Positions 39,078 through 48,700 of a DNA stretch of 64,000 bases are shown here, in pieces (position 1 is the stretch's first letter; each line of letters opens with the position of its first letter). Origin of the DNA: Candidatus Pacebacteria bacterium CG_4_9_14_0_2_um_filter_40_15 (GTDB taxonomy: Bacteria > Patescibacteriota > Microgenomatia > UBA1400 > PJMF01); NCBI GenBank assembly GCA_002788675.1, contig PFRS01000001.1, positions 170,308 to 234,307 on the forward strand, read 5' to 3'. The notes beneath the pieces are model-generated. The model saw only the letters and a list, made by a program, of their open reading frames with translations, searched no databases and was not told the DNA's origin. The position numbers and the translations under genes were made by a program.

Positions 39078-40526
39078 ATGAAACATCGTAAATCAAAAAA
39101 ACTCATTGTGTTATCAACTTTTATTCTTGCCATCGCAGTTGCAGGAAAATGGGCACAAAATAGCGAGTCTGCTAGTTTAACTTCTGTTTCGGTTACCGTC
39201 TCAAACCCACGTCCTTCTTTTAGAGGTGTACTTGGAGCTGGAAATACTGTTGGAACTTCACAAGTTATTATTAATACTTCTGGATATCCTTCAACTACAA
39301 CAGCTCAACTCCAAACTGATGACATTCTCTTAGTAGGTAATGCAGGTACCATGAGTCCTTATACCATTACTAATGTAGTAAGTAATTCACTGGCAAATAT
39401 TACTCCAGTCCTTGCTGCTGGTGATGCCGATACTTCTGATGATGTCATTTCAACCCAATCTGCCGTTCATACCGTCAGATTTACTACTGCTAACGCTATT
39501 TCAAATGGTGGGTTTAGAATTTTAGTTCCTGCTCATGGAACTGCTACTGATGCAAATGATGGTCTACCTGATCAAGGCGCCTTTGATTTCGGAACAGCTG
39601 CCCCAACCGTGACCTGTCCAACAGACATAACTGGGTATGATTTTGTTACAGGTACTGCAACTGCAAGTGCTGTAACAATCGGAAGTACTGACTATCATGC
39701 ATATGAGTGTCTGTATTCTGGAGTTGGTGCTATTGCAACTGTCTTTGATGGCACAACCAATGATGCTATATCTATTAACGACATTATAAATCCAGCACCT
39801 GCTAGTGGCCACACAACAGGCACCGCAGATTCATACAGAATCATCCTCCAACATTTAGACAGTTCATACACAGCTGTAGATAGTACCACTGTTGCTATTG
39901 GCGTTATAGAAGCTGTCCGTGTAACTGCAAGCGTCGCACCACAGATTACCTTCTCTATTGCTGGTGTAACCAGTGGATCAACTTCATGCGGAGTAACCAC
40001 AGACGTCACAACAACCGCAACTGCTGTTCCACTTGGTGAACTATCTATCGCTTCTTTCACAGATGCAGCACAAACGCTGACTGTCTCAACTAATGCTACA
40101 AATGGCTATGCTGTAACCGCTTTCGAGAGTGACCAACTTGGACTCGATGGAGCAACATGTACCGGAGATAGCACTGCTTCAAACTGTATTCCCGATTCAG
40201 TTGGTGACAATGCAGCACTCAGTCATACTGCTAATGATGAATGGAATACCACAACAGTAAAAGGATTTGGATACTCTCTGGACAACGCAGATGCAAATAC
40301 TGTCGCTTTCGAGTACACAACAGCTACCGGTACCTGTACTGGAACATACTGTGCAAAGCAATTTGCAGATAACGAGGATGGCCAGGCAGCGCAACAACTC
40401 TTTAGTAGCACAACAGTGGCAGACAGTGAAAATGTTGATGTCTGCTACAGAGCTGTGATCTCAAACGTACAAGCCGCTGGTTTTTATGAAAACTACGTAA
40501 CCTATACTGCTACTGCTACATTCTAG
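39078..40526 (+). CDS. Large secreted Thr-rich WxL/pilin-like protein
   Basis: Signal peptide, V.V.ASV...ITF.I, STNA.NGY.V, GFGY, C-terminal AAGFYENYVTYTATATF. Confidence 0.7.
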   Translation: MKHRKSKKLIVLSTFILAIAVAGKWAQNSESASLTSVSVTVSNPRPSFRGVLGAGNTVGTSQVIINTSGYPSTTTAQLQTDDILLVGNAGTMSPYTITNVVSNSLANITPVLAAGDADTSDDVISTQSAVHTVRFTTANAISNGGFRILVPAHGTATDANDGLPDQGAFDFGTAAPTVTCPTDITGYDFVTGTATASAVTIGSTDYHAYECLYSGVGAIATVFDGTTNDAISINDIINPAPASGHTTGTADSYRIILQHLDSSYTAVDSTTVAIGVIEAVRVTASVAPQITFSIAGVTSGSTSCGVTTDVTTTATAVPLGELSIASFTDAAQTLTVSTNATNGYAVTAFESDQLGLDGATCTGDSTASNCIPDSVGDNAALSHTANDEWNTTTVKGFGYSLDNADANTVAFEYTTATGTCTGTYCAKQFADNEDGQAAQQLFSSTTVADSENVDVCYRAVISNVQAAGFYENYVTYTATATF

Positions 40527-40542
40527 TACTCAGAAAGAACAA

Positions 40543-41589
40543 ATGAAGACTGCCCGCCCAATTCACACTCTTAAAAAAATTGCTACCTTAGCTGACGCTT
40601 TAGGAGTTGGAACCTTACTGTTCTCGAATACAATTTTTGCTCAAGACTTCACTCAGACTGATGATACGGTAACCCTTACAGCCATCCCGCCAAGAGTTGG
40701 TGATCAAGAACCAATTAAGCTTGCTCCTGGTGCTAAAGAACAAGTGCAACTTAGAATTAGGAATAATTCAACAAAAGCCATAACCATCAACTCGGTTGCT
40801 CAAGATTTTATGCTTGATCTTGATGGACAAACCCCTATTCCACTTAACGAAGATTCAGGAAGTAGATGGAGCTTAGCAGACTGGCTCGTTGTCGCACCAA
40901 ATCAACAAACTATTGAACCACAAGAAACTGCTGGAACTTCTGTTCTTATCGAAGTTCCTGAAGATGCTCTCCCTGGTGGGCACTATGCAATGGTTACCCA
41001 CGAACCAACCACTGGAGTTGTTTCCGAAGATGGTGAATCAGCTTCTGTAATCAGTCAAAAAGTTGGTTCTCTCTTTTATGTTATCGTTGATGGCGTTATT
41101 CATGAGGAAGCCTTTATTCGCGACTTCTCATTTCCCCAGCTCACAGAAGTCGGACCTGTTGATTTTTCATTCTTTGTTGATAATCAATCTGATATTCACA
41201 TCAAGCCACAGGTTTCAATTGAGATCTATAACCTCTTTAACCAAAAAATTGACACTATCCAGATAGAGAGCAAAAATGTATTCCCATTATATAGTCGTGG
41301 TTTCTCTGGAAGTTGGGATCGTGTTTGGGGTCATGGTTTTTACACTGCCAAACTCATAATGAGTTATGGTGAACAAGGAAATGTTGCACTTGCTTCAACT
41401 ACTTTCTGGCTCTTCCCAGTCAAGATAGTACTATCAATATTGGTTATTATATTGGTCCTACTTGCAATGCTCATTTCAATCCGAAGACATATCTTGCACA
41501 AAAACCAAGATAAAGACAAACAGATCAAAGAATTAGAGGATCAGCTAGCTGAAGTCAGTAAAGATCAACTCGAAAAACACGAAGAATAG
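40543..41589 (+). CDS. DUF916/WxL-interacting-like membrane-anchored protein
   Basis: PP.....LAPG....L.IRN, VPEDALPGGHYA, N..DIH.KP, G.YTA, C-terminal TM followed by RRH. Confidence 0.7.
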   Translation: MKTARPIHTLKKIATLADALGVGTLLFSNTIFAQDFTQTDDTVTLTAIPPRVGDQEPIKLAPGAKEQVQLRIRNNSTKAITINSVAQDFMLDLDGQTPIPLNEDSGSRWSLADWLVVAPNQQTIEPQETAGTSVLIEVPEDALPGGHYAMVTHEPTTGVVSEDGESASVISQKVGSLFYVIVDGVIHEEAFIRDFSFPQLTEVGPVDFSFFVDNQSDIHIKPQVSIEIYNLFNQKIDTIQIESKNVFPLYSRGFSGSWDRVWGHGFYTAKLIMSYGEQGNVALASTTFWLFPVKIVLSILVIILVLLAMLISIRRHILHKNQDKDKQIKELEDQLAEVSKDQLEKHEE

Positions 41590-41595
41590 TTACAT

Positions 41596-43653
41596 GTGCG
41601 ATGGAAAAATTTCCTTCTACCACTGCTTCTAGGTAGTTTGCTCTTTTGCATACCTGCAGGAGTGTTTGGTCAGGATGCAGGAGTCTTACCTGGTGAAACG
41701 CTTTCAACAAACCCCAAAGAACGCCCTGAGTACGTCACAGCAATAGTTCCTGATATCGTTCCACCATCAACTCCTATCCTTATTAGTCCTGAAGATGAAA
41801 CGGTGCTTACCGTATCCGCACCAACCTTTGAGTGGCAAGGCTCCACTGACAATGTTGGGGTAGATCACTACCAATTTTGGTTTGATGGGGTACTGCTTTT
41901 TGATTCGATTCCCACAACAGCAACTGCTAACTCTGAATACACGCTACTGTATGACAGTTTACTTAATCACTACTTTTTAACTCCTAAGACTCCTCTGTCA
42001 GATGGTTCCCATACCTGGCAAATACATGCGTATGATGCTGCCGATAATTACTCAGAGTCAGTGATCTGGAGTTTTATCATTGATACCACTGCACCCTACT
42101 TCAAGATTACAGATATTGGACCAGAAATAGTCGACATTAATACGGGAAATGCTGAAAGCGTTCCAACAGATGCCATTCACTTGGCAGATAATGAACCATT
42201 GCTCAAGGGTACGGGCGAATCAAACGCGACAGTTCAACTTACTATCACAATCCCAGGTGATCCCACACAAAACCATTCATTTTCTGTCGACGGAAGTGGA
42301 AATTGGGACTTTCAAGTTGGCATTCTGCCTCGAGACACTGAAATAACATTCGACTTCGTTATTTCAGACAGCGCTGGAAACATATCAGTGATTAGTGGAC
42401 TAAAAATAATCATTGATCCGATTGTTATTATTATCCCACCTCCATCCCCCATACCCACACCAACACCAAGCCCATCACCCACCCCTGGAATAACACCCAC
42501 ACCAAGTCCATCACCAACACCGGGAGTAAGTCCTTTTCCTTCACCCAGCCCTAGCCCTGAGGCAAGCCCAATTATTGTCATTCCAATATTGCCTCCTCGA
42601 GAAATAATTCATGAGATTGTACAAGAAAGCCTGGAAGCAATACCTGTGGAAATTTCAAGCTCACTACCTGTGCAGCTATTCTTAAGCATTGGTCGAGCAC
42701 TTGACTGGATAGCTCCAGCTGGAGCTCTGTTACTCACAGCAGCCCCTCCATTGCTCACGCTTTTATCATTACTCCTTCAGTTCGGAGGAAGTCTAACCTG
42801 GCAGCTTTTGTTACGCCTACTTCAAGCATTAGGTCTGCTTCCTGCCAAAGATCCACAAGGAATTGTGTATAACAGTGAAACAAATGAGCCTGTTCCCTTT
42901 GCATTACTTACCATTCAAAGCGTTGATCCTGATGCAGGTATATTTGAAACAGTCGTCACAGATGAAAATGGCATATACCAAGGCATTCAACTCCCAAGAG
43001 GAAAATATACAATAACGGTTACACACCAGGACTTCGTCTTCCCTACGGCCAAAGTAAAGCCGAAATACTTGACGAGTTCTGACTTTTATACAGGTGAGGT
43101 CTTCAACGTTACCAGTGACGAGACGCATCAGCTGTTCCTTATACCAGTAGACCCGAAAGAAACCAGTCAAAAAGAAAAAACACTCAAGAGCCGACTTAAT
43201 TTGACCGTGGCACGGCTCAGAATGAAGAACATTATCGTTCCGATGTTCAGCATCTCCCTGGTAATAACCATAATCAGTCCCTCTTGGCTGAACTATCTAG
43301 TAATAGCATGCTATCTACTGGTCTTTGCCCAAAAGTACTTTTTTACAAATAGAAGAGCCAACGTCCGAGGCACAATTACGAACAAAGCTGGAGAACCAAT
43401 ACGAGACGCAATTATCAAGCTGAGTGATCCAAATACAACTGACTTAGTGGTTCTAGTATCTTCAAATAAAAAGGGACAGTATGCGGCACACTGTCCACCA
43501 GGTAAGTACTACATCACAGTCACCAAAATGGGCTTTGTATGGTATCGTGAGACTGGTAGTATGAGATTTGAAGAATTAACCGTTGAAGACGTTACTATTG
43601 AATATAATGTAACACTCACATCAACTGAAGAAATCACCGTCTCGCTTTTGTAA
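41596..43653 (+). CDS. Surface protein: Ig-like domains, Pro-rich linker, TMs and two carboxypeptidase-regulatory-like domains
   Basis: P.L.SP..PTF.W, L.DG.H.W...A.D.A.N, DTTAP; (PT/PS)n linker at ~42440-42570; GIVY...T..PVPFA...TD.NG.Y; second G.I....G.PI..A. Confidence 0.75.
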   Translation: MRWKNFLLPLLLGSLLFCIPAGVFGQDAGVLPGETLSTNPKERPEYVTAIVPDIVPPSTPILISPEDETVLTVSAPTFEWQGSTDNVGVDHYQFWFDGVLLFDSIPTTATANSEYTLLYDSLLNHYFLTPKTPLSDGSHTWQIHAYDAADNYSESVIWSFIIDTTAPYFKITDIGPEIVDINTGNAESVPTDAIHLADNEPLLKGTGESNATVQLTITIPGDPTQNHSFSVDGSGNWDFQVGILPRDTEITFDFVISDSAGNISVISGLKIIIDPIVIIIPPPSPIPTPTPSPSPTPGITPTPSPSPTPGVSPFPSPSPSPEASPIIVIPILPPREIIHEIVQESLEAIPVEISSSLPVQLFLSIGRALDWIAPAGALLLTAAPPLLTLLSLLLQFGGSLTWQLLLRLLQALGLLPAKDPQGIVYNSETNEPVPFALLTIQSVDPDAGIFETVVTDENGIYQGIQLPRGKYTITVTHQDFVFPTAKVKPKYLTSSDFYTGEVFNVTSDETHQLFLIPVDPKETSQKEKTLKSRLNLTVARLRMKNIIVPMFSISLVITIISPSWLNYLVIACYLLVFAQKYFFTNRRANVRGTITNKAGEPIRDAIIKLSDPNTTDLVVLVSSNKKGQYAAHCPPGKYYITVTKMGFVWYRETGSMRFEELTVEDVTIEYNVTLTSTEEITVSLL

Positions 43654-44106
43654 CACAGAAACCAAGGTTTCTCTTCCTCATATAACTCAGGTGCCTAAAA
43701 TAAACGCTATCGGCTAACATAACCAAGGCCTTCTCCCAAGCCATACCTCCCCAATACCCTCTCTGAATATTTTCCGTAATAAAGCATAAAAAGTGCTGAT
43801 AATTAGTGATAAGTTCTTTTACTTTTAAGACTAGCAGAGCATACCACGCGGGTGCCAATACCAGGTTAAGCAATAGATCAATGATATCTGACTCTGTAAG
43901 ACCCTAAACATACAAAAAACAATAAGAATGAGTGAAATAGACAAATAATAATCACTCGTCAAAACTTATACAGTAATAATTCCATCCAATAATTTTGAAA
44001 AAGTAGCATTAGTTAACATGCAATAATTCAAGTATTATTTGGCATTTACCTCTGCTATAAATACACTTTCTCAGCAGCGCTAGCTAAATCGCACGCAAAT
44101 ACATTC

Positions 44107-44140
44107 ATTTTGTGCAACAATGATATTAATTGCACAAAAT
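44107..44140. repeat. Perfect 11-bp inverted repeat with 12-bp spacer
   Basis: ATTTTGTGCAA-caatgatattaa-TTGCACAAAAT. Confidence 0.7.
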
Positions 44141-44358
44141 ATCGTTAATTATTTAACGCATGTACCGAACAAATCATTCACGCAACTTATCGGCATAATT
44201 ACTGCATGATCTTAAAATAGAATTAACGCAATGATGAAAGTTAATTATTAAGTTATAAAAACAAGCTAAAACATATAATTAATAAAATGAAAATCATGCA
44301 CCCGAAAACACGTGTAAAATACAACATAAAAACCTCTGCTCCATTAAATGAAGCTGTT

Positions 44359-45117
44359 TTATTTGACTAAGAAGCCTGAAAAGGCTGACTGAAATTGTGA
44401 AAGAACTTTCCGAGCTGAAATAGCATTTGGATAGTAATAAGCAACTAAACCGTTATCTTCTTGCAATGTATCCCGAAAACGATCATAAGCCGTAATAAAC
44501 ACCTTTTTCTGTTGATCAGTCAGACCATCCCCCTCGGCAAATTGTGCTAGCAGCTGACTAACCTCAGTGCTAATACTTGAGTAAGCAGTGGCTAAGTCAC
44601 TCAGTGAAAAGTTTCGGATAACGGTACTTCTCTCAAAGCCAAATTTCCATGCATCTATAGAGAAAAGTGCTATTGAGTGTGGATACATTTTTTTACACAG
44701 CAGGTATAGCTCTTGAGAAAGTGAGCCTGGGACACAATATACGCCACGACTTAATTGAATCGCATGCTCTGCTACGAGCTGTGAGCGTAGGTATCTAAAC
44801 TGTGGATCACTGCTGGGTGCCTCTTGAAAGACGATACACTCCCATTCGCCAGAGTACGAATCCCATTTAGAATCTAAAGCCGGAAATTGGGCGTTGAGCT
44901 GCTCGATACCTTTGTCTGTTAAGTAATACCTCAGCTCCTGCCCTATCTTCTCGGTGGAAAAGATTCCTGATTTCGATAAATAGTGCAATATTGAACGAAC
45001 ACCGCCATCAGTTGTATTTTGTAGCAATTGCTGAGCTGCATCAGTTGTAACAAACGCATCTTGACTCCCTAAAACTGGGTACGCAAGCATTGCTAGTGAG
45101 AGGGCATTTTTTTTCAT
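44359..45117 (-). CDS. PaaX-family transcriptional regulator (wHTH + Cas2-like fold + C-terminal domain)
   Basis: VRS.L.YL...G....Y.LTDKG (wHTH); WD...GEW..IVF.....R..LRSQL.....QLSRGVY..P. Confidence 0.75.
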   Translation of the reverse strand: MKKNALSLAMLAYPVLGSQDAFVTTDAAQQLLQNTTDGGVRSILHYLSKSGIFSTEKIGQELRYYLTDKGIEQLNAQFPALDSKWDSYSGEWECIVFQEAPSSDPQFRYLRSQLVAEHAIQLSRGVYCVPGSLSQELYLLCKKMYPHSIALFSIDAWKFGFERSTVIRNFSLSDLATAYSSISTEVSQLLAQFAEGDGLTDQQKKVFITAYDRFRDTLQEDNGLVAYYYPNAISARKVLSQFQSAFSGFLVK

Positions 45118-45140
45118 ATTAGTTATAAGTTTTTAGATGC

Positions 45141-45171
45141 TATTTTCGCATATATTCGCATTATATTCGCA
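45141..45171. repeat. Three phased direct repeats upstream of the paaX-like gene
   Basis: TATTTTCGCA / TATATTCGCA / TTATATTCGCA, period 10-11 bp. Confidence 0.6.
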
Positions 45172-45735
45172 CATTTTCCAGGTTTATCATAGGTGTCGGC
45201 CTCTATTACCGAATCCACATTACAGTAACAATGCAATTTTAGAATAAATATTTAGGCATCAAAGTAGTACATTATTAATACATTATCCACATTAAGTAGT
45301 CACCGAAACTCAAAAATCTTAATTATTGTTAACAACATTTTGCTTTTTATGCAAATTTCCTCGAGTATAATCTTCTGTTTTTCCAGATGATTAGTTTTAC
45401 CTTCACATAGTATAGCTTTTCTAAACAAAATAACAATTACTTTTTACTGTGCATAAATGCCCCTTTTCTTCATGTTTTTCTGCTAAATCCAAAGAAAACA
45501 CGATGCCGTGATTACATTTGATATGCATTGATAGCCCCAGAATGTTTATCGCACGTATTCATACTATGCCTGGAAGAACTTTTTTTTGTTCATTGCACTT
45601 TTGCCAGAAAGCCCACTCATTCTCCAGACTATTGACCCGAGTGTCTCGAGTAATATACACTGATATGAGTCAAGTCTAATGGGTCTAATGAATCTGGTAG
45701 CCAAAATTTCAGAACACCCATGCAAGAAAAAATAA

Positions 45736-48700
45736 ATGACTGCCCAAAGCAAATATCTTTCTAGCATTTTCCTTTCACTTTCCACATTTTTGGAAAGTGC
45801 TTTGTCACACACACACGAGCGCGATGAAGCGCACGCTGTATTCACTGAGTTCGTTGCATCCAAAGCTTCACTGTCATCACAGTGGCAGCTGAGTGAATTA
45901 CACCGGTTTTTAACCAATTCAGCTGCTCACCAGACAGTAAGCCCCTCCGTGCGAGATGCTTTGATGATGTTTGTCCAAAAATATCCACCCTACCAGACTA
46001 GCGTTTTTCTTCACGAATATCTTTTAGCACTCAAAGCTGACAACTGCTCAAGCTCAACCATCAAAAATTACCGCAGTGATATCAACCAATTTGTTAGTTT
46101 TACCAATGAAACTGAGGTAGAAAAAGCCTTCACAAAACCCAAAGCTGAACTTTTCATTGCTGCACAGGCAAATAAAGATTTGAAGGAATCCTCTATCAGG
46201 CGTAAGCTCGTGAGTATTGTTCAGTTCTCTCTCTGGTTGCAGGCAGAGGGTGTCCTCCATTCAGTTTCAGAAATCGAGACTCTCTCAGACAAATTACCCC
46301 AACTTATTGAGAAAGCACCTCAAAAAGATATTCCAATCCAGGAGCCTACTCGACGATACTCTTCTGTGCCAACCTCAAGTGCATCATCATTTGCCACCGC
46401 AAAACACACTCTACACAATCAATCTAACGCCCAATCTAGTCAAGATATACGATCACGTATCAAATCAGGTCTGGCAACCATTCAAAATAAGATCCAACCT
46501 CAAGCAAAAAAACAGGCTCTGCCTTATCTAAACCTGGCTATTATCATGCTTTTTGCAGTCACACTCGGCTTCTTTGGCTATCGCCAGTTTGTGGCTGATG
46601 CAGACAAGCCTTTAGCCTACCCAACCAGTCCTACCAGGCCAAACCGCGTACTCCAATTCCAAGGTCGCCTTACTGACACCAGCCAAAACCCTATTACTAC
46701 CGCCACAGACATGGCTTTCCGCCTGTACGACTCTAATTCTGGAGGCACTCTGCTCTGGAACTCTGGCACCTGTAGTGTGACTCCAGATCAAGACGGTATC
46801 TTTAATGCCGATTTAGGCAGCAGTTGTGGAACTGAAATTTCTGAAAACGTCTTCACCGAGAACTCCAACGTCTGGCTCGAGGTCGAAATCGACACTGAAA
46901 CCCTTTCTCCTCGACAAAGCATCAAGACCGTTCCGTACGCGCTTAACTCTGAAACTCTCCAAGGCTATCCCATAGAAGCAACAGGTGCCGCTATAAAGAA
47001 CACCGTGGTTACTATGAATAACAATGGCGAGGTGATCTTCGGTGAAGTTTCGCCAACTCTTAAAGCTGTTTCGGGTAATTTCTCGATTGAAGCCGAAACC
47101 CTCACTCTTAAAACAGCGGCTGGCTCAAACGGTAATATTGCCCTTTCTCCAGATGGCACTGGCGACGTACTAGTAAACTCCGACCTTTTTGTTGATGGCT
47201 ATATAGCTGCTCCCGGTGCCACACTCAGTGCCACCTACGCTGGCGGCACTGCCCTGATTGCCCGAGGTGGACCAAGTGGATCCGCTAACATTCAGGTGTG
47301 GCAGAATAATGCCGGTAGTGCTTTAAGTGTGGTGGATGAGAGTGGGAATATTGGAATTGGAACAAGTAACCCAAATGAAGCATTAGAACTTGGTTCAGGA
47401 AAATCATTACGCTTTAATTCGTTAGATGCAAATCACATAAGATTTTATGACAGCACTACTGAAACAGCATTCATTCGAACAGAATTCTCGGGAGTCGGTC
47501 CAACTGGAAATGATTTAATTTTGGGATCTGATCTTTCTTCACAAACACTGGTTCTTGAAAGAGGTGGAAATGTGGGCATAGGCACTAACGATCCTTCTGC
47601 GCATCTCCAGATTGCTAACAAAGGTGAAGCAACTGGAACATACCTACTCCGCGTTGATGGAAGTGCTGCTGCAGGAGGCTTCAAGGCTTTTGGGAACAAT
47701 ATTGAATTACTTACATACCGAGGAAGCATGAATGAATTGAGAGTTGGTGGCGCTTATCTAAGTACTAATCCTCCAGCAAGTGGCGCAATCATTGAAGGAA
47801 ATGTAGGTATTGGATCAAGCATACCTGCCCAAAAACTCGACATCGTCGGCAACCTCCAATTCTCCGGCGCCCTCATGCCATCTGGAGCTGCAGGAACCGC
47901 AGGCTACGTTCTGCAATCTAATGGTATTGGTGTGGCTCCAACTTGGGTAAGTTCAGCTACTCTACCTGGATCTGGCCTCTGGGACGTGACTGCAAATGTC
48001 TTTCATCCTAAAGAAGCCTATGGTGACGTTGTTGATCTTGCCATTGGTGGCACCTCAACTGCAAGTGCAGATATTTTGCTTCAGAGTAATGGCAGAGCAT
48101 ATTTTGGGGGAAATGTAGGTATTGGAACAGCTTCTGGTTCATATCCACTTCAAGTTGAAGGAGATGCTCTTATTCATACTGCCAGCAGTTATCTTTACTT
48201 AAGTAGAACAAATACCAATAACCGCATGAACTATCGATCTTGGGACATTGATTATGGTGCTCGAGCTGACATTAGAAATATTAATGCTGCTGGTATTCTT
48301 TCTTTCTGGACTGGTGGAACAGCAGCTGCTAACCAAAGAATGACTATTGCTGCAGATGGCAACGTCGGTATCGGCACCACTTCTCCCGTTGGCCTTCTTA
48401 ATGTCGAAGGAGCTGCCATAGGAAAAGCCCTATCTATCCTGAACGAAACGGGTAATCAGGCAATTTTTGTTGCCTCTGCATCGGGAACGAACAGATTTAT
48501 TATTCAGAATGATGGCAATGTTGGAATTGGCACCAGTGCTCCAACTGCCTTGTTCCAAATCAGTGATCGGTGGCAAGGAACAAACTCAACATTTGGATCT
48601 ACCAACTCTTCGGGAGCACAACTCAACTACACGGGTAGTGTCGCTACTCCAATCTTCACCTTCACCGGGGATACTGATACAGGTATAGGCAGAGGTGGGG

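Noticed and set aside
44359-45117. Cas2 / CRISPR locus
   Set aside because: The Cas2-like fold is the PaaX middle domain, preceded by a wHTH; there is no array or cas1.
43654-45735. oriC or dif site
   Set aside because: Only one perfect DnaA box and no dnaA/dnaN; the palindrome has a 12-bp rather than 6-bp spacer and no XerD arm.
45736-46300. Functional integrase or prophage boundary
   Set aside because: Only the core-binding domain is present, with no catalytic domain and no capsid, terminase or portal genes.
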